Translations under genes and position numbers: made by a program
Assembly: GCA_043816785.1 (NCBI GenBank)
Contig: JBDRHP010000037.1
Location: 1 to 18,254, forward strand
Source of the DNA: Candidatus Margulisiibacteriota bacterium
Lineage (GTDB): Bacteria; Margulisbacteria; WOR-1; O2-12-FULL-45-9
DNA length: 18,254 nucleotides
Direction of reading: 5' to 3'
Notes under the pieces: model-generated
The model's input: the letters and a program-made list of their open reading frames with translations, nothing else
Database searches by the model: none
Told to the model about the DNA's origin: nothing
Shown: in pieces, positions 1 through 7,154 of the stretch
Layout: every line of letters starts with the position of its first letter
How positions within the stretch are numbered: position 1 is the stretch's first letter

Positions 1-2129
1 GGGATCTTTGTCAGGGCAGAGGCCAAAGCCGTGGCAATAGTTATGCCAGCGGATGGGCCATCTTTTGGCACCGCGCCCTCAGGCACATGGATATGGACAT
101 CCTTTTTACGATAAAAGTTTTCCTCCAGGCCTAAAGTCTTGGCGCGCGAGCGCACAAAGCTCATGGCCGCCTTGGCTGATTCCTGCATCACATCGCCCAT
201 CTGGCCGGTCAAAGTCAAATTCCCTCTGCCCGGCATAATTGTGACTTCAATGGGAATGGTATCACCGCCGACCTCGGTCCAGGCCAGCCCCATGGCTGCT
301 CCAACCTGGTCTTTTTCCTCGGCCAAACCAACCCGAAACTTGGGAGCGCCCAAATAGTCCGGCAAATCATCTTTGCTAACAATGGTTTTCTTGGCCGCTT
401 CTTCCTTGACGATCTTGGTGGCGATCTTGCGTAAGACCTTGGCAATTTCTCTTTCCAGATTCCTGACCCCGGCCTCCTTGGTATATTCCTGAAGCATTGA
501 GATCAGGGCTGATTCTTCAAATTCAACTTGATTTTCTTTTAAGCCATGTTTTTCCAGTTCTCTGGGGACCAGATAACCCTTGGCGATCCCCAACTTTTCT
601 TCTTCTGAGTAGCCGGACATGCGGATAATTTCCATTCTGTCCTGCAGCGGCTTAGGGATCGGCTCGCGGGTATTGGCTGTGGTGATAAAAAAGACGTCCG
701 AAAGATCAAAAGGGACCTCCAAGTAATGGTCGGAAAACTCCTTGTTCATTTCCGGATCAAGGACCTCAAGTAAGGCTGCTGATGGATCACCGCGAAAGTC
801 GCTGCCCATCTTATCAACCTCGTCTAAAAGAAAGACCGGGTTATTTGTGGCGGCCTTATTGATGGACTGCATGATCCGGCCAGGCAAAGAACCAACATAG
901 GTGCGGCGATGCCCCCTGATCTCCGCCTCATCGCGCACCCCGCCCAAAGCCACCCGGGTAAATTTTCTGCCCATGGACCTGGCAATTGAGCGCGCCACAG
1001 AAGTTTTGCCCACCCCCGGCGGCCCAACCAAGCAAAGGATGGTCCCGCCCATCTTGCCGGTCAATTTTAATACGGCAAAGTATTCAAGGATCCTTTCTTT
1101 GACTTTGTCCAAACCAAAATGATCTTCATTCAAAATTTTCTCAACTTCAGAAATATCCAGTTTGCTTTTAGTCTTTTTCTTCCAGGGCAGCTCGATCAGC
1201 CAATCAAGATACGTGCGGATGACCGAAGCCTCAGAACCCATGGCTGGCATGTGGTTTAAGCGGTCCAGCTCCTTTGCGGCTTTTTCCTTGACCTCAGCCG
1301 GCAGCTTGGCCTCCCGGATCTTCTTGTTGTATTCGGTCAGTTCAGGGTTGCCAAACTCATCCTCTTCTCCCAGCTCATCCTGGATCGCGCGCAGTTTCTC
1401 TTTTAAATAATACTCCTTCTGGACCTTCTCGATCTGCTTGCGGACCCGGCCCTGAAGCTCTTTTTCCACTCCCAGCACTCCAATTTCTTTTTCCATGATC
1501 TCAGAAAGTTTCTTCAGCCTTTTTTCAACTTTAATAGCTTCCAGTATCTCTTGCTTTTCGTCAACCCTCAAGGAAAGATAAGAGGCCACCAGGTCTGCCA
1601 GCCGGCCGGGGTTATCAACATTAATGATCGACATTAGTGTTTCGGGCGGGATCCGGCGATTCAGCTTTACATACTCTTCGAACTGCTTGATAATCGAGCG
1701 GACCAGCGCCTCGGCTTCCAGAGAGATCTCTTCCGGATCATCGATGCGGGAGATCTCCACCCGAAAATATGGGGTTTCCTGCTTATAGTCGTCGATCCGC
1801 ACGCGGCAGATCCCCTCGACCAGTATTTTTGTCGTGCCGTCCGGCAGGGGCATCATTTGAACTATCTCAGCCAGGGTGCCGATCTTACTGATATCTTTTG
1901 GTTTTGGATCTTCCTCTTCTTCTCTTTTTTGGGAAGCAAAAACCAGCATCTTTTCTTTGGCCATGATATCTTCCAGGGCTTTGACTGACTGGCTGCGGCC
2001 GATAAAAAGCGGCACGATCATTTGCGGGAATACGACAATGTTACGCAGAGGAATTAAAGGGAGCTCTTCCTGCCACTCCGAATCTTTTTCGGGTTTGTTC
2101 TTATTAGATTTTTTGCCCGAATCGGCCAT
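1..2129 (-). CDS. lon: Lon protease (endopeptidase La, LonA), 3' end beyond the window edge
   Basis: Absent from the ORF track because it has no stop in the window. Manual translation from ATG 2129 gives MADSGKK...[24 protein letters not shown] (LON N-domain), Walker [13 protein letters not shown] near 1000-1035, and [19 protein letters not shown] (catalytic Ser) near 40-95. The start and the catalytic motif are in the same frame. Confidence 0.97.
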   Translation of the reverse strand, partial: MADSGKKSNKNKPEKDSEWQEELPLIPLRNIVVFPQMIVPLFIGRSQSVKALEDIMAKEKMLVFASQKREEEEDPKPKDISKIGTLAEIVQMMPLPDGTTKILVEGICRVRIDDYKQETPYFRVEISRIDDPEEISLEAEALVRSIIKQFEEYVKLNRRIPPETLMSIINVDNPGRLADLVASYLSLRVDEKQEILEAIKVEKRLKKLSEIMEKEIGVLGVEKELQGRVRKQIEKVQKEYYLKEKLRAIQDELGEEDEFGNPELTEYNKKIREAKLPAEVKEKAAKELDRLNHMPAMGSEASVIRTYLDWLIELPWKKKTKSKLDISEVEKILNEDHFGLDKVKERILEYFAVLKLTGKMGGTILCLVGPPGVGKTSVARSIARSMGRKFTRVALGGVRDEAEIRGHRRTYVGSLPGRIMQSINKAATNNPVFLLDEVDKMGSDFRGDPSAALLEVLDPEMNKEFSDHYLEVPFDLSDVFFITTANTREPIPKPLQDRMEIIRMSGYSEEEKLGIAKGYLVPRELEKHGLKENQVEFEESALISMLQEYTKEAGVRNLEREIAKVLRKIATKIVKEEAAKKTIVSKDDLPDYLGAPKFRVGLAEEKDQVGAAMGLAWTEVGGDTIPIEVTIMPGRGNLTLTGQMGDVMQESAKAAMSFVRSRAKTLGLEENFYRKKDVHIHVPEGAVPKDGPSAGITIATALASALTKI

Positions 2130-2132
2130 ATG

Positions 2133-2756
2133 CTATTTTGATTTTTTGTCCGCGGCTTTGACCTTGGTCGAACTGATGACCTCGTCAATTAAACCATACT
2201 TAACCGCGTCCTCAGCGCCCAAATAGAAGTCGCGGTCCGTGTCTTTTTCGATCTTGGCCAAAGTCTGGCCAGTATGCTTAGCCAGAATATCGTTAAGCAG
2301 CTTCTTCATTCTCAGGATCTCCTTGGTCTGGATCTCAATATCTGTTGCCTGGCCCTGCGCTCCGCCCAAGGGCTGGTGGATCATTATCCGGGCATTGGGT
2401 AAAGCACAGCGCTTGCCTTTTACGCCCGAAGCTAAAAGCAAGGCGCCCAAACTAGCCGCCTGGCCAATACAAATCGTGGAAACACTGGGTTTAATATATT
2501 GCATGGTATCATAAATGGCCATGCCGGCAGTAACCACACCGCCGGGCGAGTTAATGTACATGTAAATATCTTTATTGGCGTCCTCAGCGGATAAGAAGAG
2601 CAGCTGGGCAATTATTGTGTTGGCGACCATGTCATCGATCGGCGTGCCAACAAAAATGATCCGCTCTTTTAGCAAGCGAGAATAAATGTCATAGGCCCGC
2701 TCGCCTTTGGGCGACTGTTCAACCACCATAGGGATCATCTGCGCTCTTTCATTCAT
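2133..2756 (-). CDS. clpP: ATP-dependent Clp protease proteolytic subunit
   Basis: [30 protein letters not shown] (Ser), IMIHQPLGG (His), DTDRDFY (Asp). The start overlaps the tig stop (ATGA). Confidence 0.98.
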   Translation of the reverse strand: MNERAQMIPMVVEQSPKGERAYDIYSRLLKERIIFVGTPIDDMVANTIIAQLLFLSAEDANKDIYMYINSPGGVVTAGMAIYDTMQYIKPSVSTICIGQAASLGALLLASGVKGKRCALPNARIMIHQPLGGAQGQATDIEIQTKEILRMKKLLNDILAKHTGQTLAKIEKDTDRDFYLGAEDAVKYGLIDEVISSTKVKAADKKSK

Positions 2757-3790
2757 TGCTTTGCCTCCTCGATTTTAGCTTTTTCCTGAATAAAAACTAA
2801 AGCCTTTTGCCGTAACATATAATCCTCGATATACTTTCTGCCATCTTTCTGCAGCCTCTTTTTCAGATCCGTGAGATTTTCACCAGAGGCGGCAGCCAGT
2901 TTTTTGAATTCCTCTTCCAGTTCTTCATCAGTCAACGTCATCTTCTCCGTCCCGGCAATTGCCCGCAAGACTAGCTTGCCTCTCACCCGGATCTCCGCTG
3001 CTTTGCGAAATTCCTCGCGCAGGGCTTTAGCTTCTTTCTTTATTCCCTTAAGATAGTCTTCCAGCGTCAGATTGCTCTGAGCCAGCGAGGCACTAAGCTC
3101 ATCTAAAATCAGATCTACCTCGCGCTCGATCATGCCTGATGGTATTTCAAGCTTAGCCTCAGCTGAAGCAGCTGCCACCAGCTTATTTTTAAGATCAGCC
3201 TCGGACTCTGCCTGGCGGTCCTTAAGCATGACTTCACGAACTTCTTGCTTCAGCTCACCCAAGGTGCCATAGCGGCTAACCTTTTTGGCAAATTCGTCAT
3301 CCAGCGGCAAAGATTCCTTTTTTCCATCTGGACCGGTTTGGGCAAAACGATTCTGGATATTGCCCAGCACCTTTTCAATGTCCTCATCCGTAACCTTGGC
3401 AGCTTTTTTCTCGATCTTGAGGCCTTTGTACTTACCCAATTTTACTTCAGGATTAACATCAACTGTAATTTTAAAGATAAAGGGCTGGTTCTTTTTTTGC
3501 TGGATAACTTCAACGTTGGGAAAATCAACAGGCTCGATCTTTGTTTCATCAATGATCTTGGGATATAGCTGGGAAATAAGCTTTTGGGCCGCCTCAGCCT
3601 CAAGCATATCAGGATTGACGGCTTTCTCGACCATTTCCTTTGGTGCTTTGCCAGGCCGGAAGCCAGGGATCTTAATATCTTTGCCCGCCTCGATCAGGGT
3701 TTGGTCCACAGCTTTGGTAAAAGCTGAATACTCTGCTTCGATCTCCAGGGCAACCTTATTGCCTTCGCGCTTTTGGGAAATAATCTTCAT
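2753..3790 (-). CDS. tig: Trigger factor, short form lacking the FKBP/PPIase domain
   Basis: Ribosome-binding signature [17 protein letters not shown] motif and helical C-domain; located upstream of clpP; only 345 aa. Confidence 0.95.
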   Translation of the reverse strand: MKIISQKREGNKVALEIEAEYSAFTKAVDQTLIEAGKDIKIPGFRPGKAPKEMVEKAVNPDMLEAEAAQKLISQLYPKIIDETKIEPVDFPNVEVIQQKKNQPFIFKITVDVNPEVKLGKYKGLKIEKKAAKVTDEDIEKVLGNIQNRFAQTGPDGKKESLPLDDEFAKKVSRYGTLGELKQEVREVMLKDRQAESEADLKNKLVAAASAEAKLEIPSGMIEREVDLILDELSASLAQSNLTLEDYLKGIKKEAKALREEFRKAAEIRVRGKLVLRAIAGTEKMTLTDEELEEEFKKLAAASGENLTDLKKRLQKDGRKYIEDYMLRQKALVFIQEKAKIEEAKQ

Positions 3791-3798
3791 TATGCCTT

Positions 3799-3804
3799 AT
3801 TATA
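3799..3804 (-). promoter_or_regulatory. Putative -10 box (TATAAT) for tig-clpP-lon
   Basis: The minus strand reads TTG-TATAAT-AAGGCATA-ATG. No clear -35 box. Confidence 0.5.
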
Positions 3805-3836
3805 CAATAAAAAGCCTCGTAACAGCTAGTAGTTTT

Positions 3837-3845
3837 TGTTATAAT
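3837..3845 (+). promoter_or_regulatory. Extended -10 promoter (TGnTATAAT) for pckG
   Basis: TGTTATAAT at 3837-3845, followed by a GGGGG RBS-like run at 3867-3871 and ATG at 3880. Confidence 0.6.
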
Positions 3846-3879
3846 ATAGATGTTCGATCTTTTGATGGGGGAATTCATA

Positions 3880-5655
3880 ATGACAAAACACAAAAAACTA
3901 AAACAATGGATCAGCGAATGCGCAAAACTTTGCCAGCCAGACAAAATTGTCTGGTGCGACGGCTCGCAGGAAGAAAGAAAGCGGCTGGAAAAAGAAGCCT
4001 TTAAAATCAACGAAATAGTAAAGCTTGATCAAAAAAAACTGCCGGGCAGTGTTTATCACCGCACAGCCCAAAATGACGTGGCCCGCACTGAAAAGCTAAC
4101 TTATATTTGCACCAAGAACAAGCGCGATGCCGGACCGATCAATAACTGGATGCTGCCCAAGGAAGGCTATCGCCGCGCTTACAATATAATTCGCGGCTCG
4201 ATGAAAGGCCGCACCATGTACGTTATCCCCTTTTCCATGGGGCCGATCGGCTCGCCCTTTAGCAAGATCGGAGTAGAGCTGACAGACAGTATCTACGTTG
4301 TTTTAAACATGCGCATCATGACCCGCATGGGTAAAGCTGTGCTTGATCATCTGGAAAAAAACCAGGGCGAATTTACAAAATGCCTGCACGGTAAAGTTGA
4401 TATTGATATCAACAATCGCTTGATTCTCCATTTTCCTGAAGACAACACTATTATCAGTGTTAATTCCGGCTATGGCGGCAACGTCCTGCTGGGCAAAAAG
4501 TGTTTGGCGTTAAGGATCGCCTCCTGCCAGGCCCGTGATGAGGGCTGGCTGGCCGAACATATGCTGATCATGGGGATCGAAGATCCCACCGGCTATATCA
4601 CCTATATTGCCGCAGCTTTCCCGTCGGCCTGCGGCAAAACCAACCTGGCCATGCTGGTTCCGCCCAAGGGTTTAAGGAAAAAAGGCTACCGCATCTGGAC
4701 CGTGGGCGATGATATTGCCTGGATGAAGATCGATAGCGACGGCAAGCTCTGGGCCATTAACCCGGAAAACGGCTTGTTTGGGGTTGGGCCAGGCACCAAC
4801 AGCAAGACCAATCCTAATATGATGGCTGCGCTCAAGCAAGACACCATTTTTACCAATGTCCTGCTTAAACCAGACAAAACAGTTTGGTGGGAAGACGGTG
4901 ATCCGCCAATTCCCAAACACGGCATTGACTGGAAGGGCTATCCCTGGAAACCAGGAGTCTTGGATGAGAACGGGAAAGTCATTACTGGCGCGCATCCTAA
5001 TGCTCGCTTTACCGTGCCGATCCAAAACGTGCCAACCGTGACCAACCGGCTGGAGCACCATCATGGCGTGCCTATTTCAGCCATAATTTTTGGCGGGCGG
5101 CGCGCGGCTCTGGCTCCCCTGGTTTATGAAGCCCTGACCTGGCAGCACGGTGTTTTTATGGGCGCCACCATGGCTTCAGAACGGACCGCGGCCCAATTTG
5201 GCAAGCAGGGCGAAGTCAGGCATGATCCCATGGCCATGCGGCCTTTCTGCGGTTATAACATGGGAGATTACTTAAAGCACTGGGTAAACCTGGGCAAAAA
5301 AATGACCCCGCCGCCCAGGATTTTCCATGTTAACTGGTTTAGAAAAGACCAAAACGGCAATTTCCTGTGGCCGGGCTTTGGCGATAACTTAAGGGTTTTG
5401 GAATGGGTAGTCCGCCGCTGCCGCGGCCAGGCAGACGCGCGCAAGAGCCTGATCGGTTTTGTGCCGCACGACTATGACCTGGACCTGACCGGCATTAAAT
5501 TACCTAAAAATAACCTGAAGCAGCTTTTTAGCGTAAACAAAAAAGACTGGGCGCAGGAATTAAACGGCATCAAAGAATTCTTTAGCTCACTGGGCAAGGA
5601 CTTGCCTCAAGAAATGTGGTCAGAATATAATTTGCTGAAAAAGCGCCTTGACTAA
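3880..5655 (+). CDS. pckG: Phosphoenolpyruvate carboxykinase (GTP)
   Basis: FPSACGKTNLAM P-loop, VGDDIAW, GYGGNVLLGKKCLALR, HDPMAMRPFCGYNM, FHVNWFRKD. Start placed at 3880 rather than 3850 because of the RBS and promoter positions. Confidence 0.97.
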   Translation: MTKHKKLKQWISECAKLCQPDKIVWCDGSQEERKRLEKEAFKINEIVKLDQKKLPGSVYHRTAQNDVARTEKLTYICTKNKRDAGPINNWMLPKEGYRRAYNIIRGSMKGRTMYVIPFSMGPIGSPFSKIGVELTDSIYVVLNMRIMTRMGKAVLDHLEKNQGEFTKCLHGKVDIDINNRLILHFPEDNTIISVNSGYGGNVLLGKKCLALRIASCQARDEGWLAEHMLIMGIEDPTGYITYIAAAFPSACGKTNLAMLVPPKGLRKKGYRIWTVGDDIAWMKIDSDGKLWAINPENGLFGVGPGTNSKTNPNMMAALKQDTIFTNVLLKPDKTVWWEDGDPPIPKHGIDWKGYPWKPGVLDENGKVITGAHPNARFTVPIQNVPTVTNRLEHHHGVPISAIIFGGRRAALAPLVYEALTWQHGVFMGATMASERTAAQFGKQGEVRHDPMAMRPFCGYNMGDYLKHWVNLGKKMTPPPRIFHVNWFRKDQNGNFLWPGFGDNLRVLEWVVRRCRGQADARKSLIGFVPHDYDLDLTGIKLPKNNLKQLFSVNKKDWAQELNGIKEFFSSLGKDLPQEMWSEYNLLKKRLD

Positions 5656-6892
5656 TCCTCGCTATGACATCGCGGTAATCGGCGGCGGCCCGGCCGGCAT
5701 GCTGGCCGCAGGCATGGCAGCGCAAAATGGCGCCAAAGTCATCCTGCTGGAAAAGAACGAACAATTGGGCAAGAAGCTACTCCTCTCCGGCAAAGGCCGC
5801 TGTAATATCACCACAGCTGAAGAAGATCCAACCACTGTGATTGAAGCCTTTGGAAAAAACGGCAAATTCCTTTATTCGGCTTTGCATGAATTCAGTGTTC
5901 AGGACACGATCAACTTCTTTAACCAGCTCGGCGTGGCCACCAAAATCGAACGGGGACAGCGGGTTTTTCCGGTCAGCGATCAAGCCCTGGATGTCCTGCG
6001 GGCGCTAACCAATTGGCTCAAGGAGCAGAAAGTTAGGGTAGTCACGGGTTGCACTGTGATCAAACTGGTCAAAGTCGGCAGCCAGATCGAAAAGGTAAAA
6101 AGCTCTCGAGGTGATTTTTTTGCCGGCAAATTTATTATCACGACCGGCGGCCAAGCCGCCTCCTTTACTGGCTCCAGCGGTGATGGCTATGCCTGGGCTA
6201 AAAAACTTGGCCATCAGATCGTGCCGCCTGTTCCCTCCTTGGTGCCGGTGCGCACTAAAGATGCCTGGGTAAAAGACCTGCAGGGTTTAAGCCTAAAAAA
6301 TGTTCGGATAAGTATTTATCAAAGCCTTAAGAAACATGATGAGCGTTTTGGCGATGCCTTATTCACACACTTTGGCTTAAGCGGCCCGATCATTTTGGAT
6401 ATGAGCAAGAAGATCGGCACGCTCCTGGCTAATGGGTCTGTGGAACTGAGGATCGACCTAAAGCCAGCACTGGATTTTCCCCAATTAGACGCCAGGATCC
6501 AACGCGATCTCAAAAAAATGAGCAATAAAGCTTTTAAGAACAGCCTGGCTGAATTGCTGCCCCAAAAACTTATCCCGGTGATCGTCCGCATGTCCGGCAT
6601 TGATCCCGAAAAAAAAGCCAACAACATCACCAAAGAAGAAAGGAACAAACTCCTCCACCTGTTGAAGGAGCTAAGAACCCATGTTAGCTCCCTACTGGGA
6701 CACGAAAAAGCCATTGTCACCGCCGGAGGCATCGAGCTAAAAGAACTTGATCCCAGAACCATGCGCTCAAAGCTTATCAATAACCTCTATTTTGCCGGCG
6801 AAATAATTGATCTGGATGGCCCAACTGGCGGCTATAACCTGCAAATGTGCTGGAGTACCGGTTATCTGGCTGGGACTAGCGCGGCTCTATAG
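5648..6892 (+). CDS. HI0933/BaiN-family NAD(P)/FAD-dependent oxidoreductase
   Basis: GGGPAG FAD motif, GKKLLLSGKGRCNIT, LFTHFGLSGP, AIVTAGG, LYFAGEIIDLDGPTGGYNLQ. The TTG start overlaps the pckG stop. Confidence 0.93.
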   Translation: MTNPRYDIAVIGGGPAGMLAAGMAAQNGAKVILLEKNEQLGKKLLLSGKGRCNITTAEEDPTTVIEAFGKNGKFLYSALHEFSVQDTINFFNQLGVATKIERGQRVFPVSDQALDVLRALTNWLKEQKVRVVTGCTVIKLVKVGSQIEKVKSSRGDFFAGKFIITTGGQAASFTGSSGDGYAWAKKLGHQIVPPVPSLVPVRTKDAWVKDLQGLSLKNVRISIYQSLKKHDERFGDALFTHFGLSGPIILDMSKKIGTLLANGSVELRIDLKPALDFPQLDARIQRDLKKMSNKAFKNSLAELLPQKLIPVIVRMSGIDPEKKANNITKEERNKLLHLLKELRTHVSSLLGHEKAIVTAGGIELKELDPRTMRSKLINNLYFAGEIIDLDGPTGGYNLQMCWSTGYLAGTSAAL

Positions 6893-6907
6893 CAAAGAGT
6901 GTGCCAA
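6891..6907 (-). promoter_or_regulatory. Sigma54 -24/-12-like motif in the left terminal inverted repeat
   Basis: The minus strand reads TTGGCACACTCTTTGCT, matching TGGCAC-N5-TTGCW with GG-N10-GC spacing. Confidence 0.45.
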
Positions 6908-6989
6908 TAAACACGTTTTATAATTGCAGCTTTTGCTTAATTAACAACAAAAACACATGATTGTGATGAAAGATTTTCTTTATTTGATC

Positions 6990-7029
6990 TTTTGAGGAAC
7001 CTGCGAGTAAACCTCGCGGTTCCTCAAAA
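6990..7029. repeat. REP-like bulged hairpin 1 (could act as a terminator)
   Basis: TTTTGAGGAACC-T-GCGAG-TAAAC-CTCGC-GGTTCCTCAAAA: 12+5 bp stem with one bulge. Confidence 0.75.
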
Positions 7030-7052
7030 CCAATTTGTCGTCAGCAAAAAAT

Positions 7053-7084
7053 CAAAAACCGCGGCGTTCAGCCGCAGGTTTTTG
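7053..7084. repeat. REP-like bulged hairpin 2, an inverted homologue of hairpin 1
   Basis: CAAAAACC-GCGGC-GTTCA-GCCGC-A-GGTTTTTG. The reverse-complement core AACC-T-GCGGC-TGAAC-GCCGC-GGTT has the same geometry as hairpin 1. Confidence 0.75.
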
Positions 7085-7098
7085 GCACACTTTCTGCT
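7082..7098 (+). promoter_or_regulatory. Sigma54 -24/-12-like motif in the right terminal inverted repeat
   Basis: TTGGCACACTTTCTGCT with GG at 7084-7085 and GC at 7096-7097 (N10 spacing), pointing into the surface-protein genes. Confidence 0.45.
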
Positions 7099-7115
7099 GA
7101 AGAGCCAACTAGCGC

Positions 7116-7144
7116 TTGACACATTTCTAATATCTATTTATAAT
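7116..7144 (+). promoter_or_regulatory. Perfect consensus sigma70 promoter
   Basis: TTGACA (7116-7121), 17-bp spacer, TATAAT (7139-7144). Confidence 0.85.
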
Positions 7145-7154
7145 CATTTTTACC

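Larger units (their letters stand above)
6883..7106. mobile_element. 224-bp non-autonomous MITE-like element
   Basis: 25-bp terminal inverted repeats at 6883-6907 (GGCTCTATAGCAAAGAGTGTGCCAA) and 7082-7106 (reverse complement GGCTCTTCAGCAGAAAGTGTGCCAA), 21/25 identical. Flanking direct repeat GACTAGCGC (6874-6882) / AACTAGCGC (7107-7115). Confidence 0.8.

Noticed and set aside
53..2514. Short ORFs over lon and clpP on either strand
   Set aside because: Antisense or off-frame shadows of well-conserved genes; no recognisable motifs.
3850..3879. pckG start at 3850
   Set aside because: Only 4 nt after the -10 box; ATG 3880 has an RBS-like run and a plausible N-terminus.
3245..4010. ORFs 3245-3568, 3285-4004 and 3756-4010
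   Set aside because: They overlap tig or pckG and cross the divergent promoter; Ser/Phe-rich antisense character.
6990..7100. Riboswitch or tRNA in the intergenic region
   Set aside because: No recognisable aptamer consensus or cloverleaf, and it lies upstream of the sigma70 promoter. An Rfam scan was not possible.
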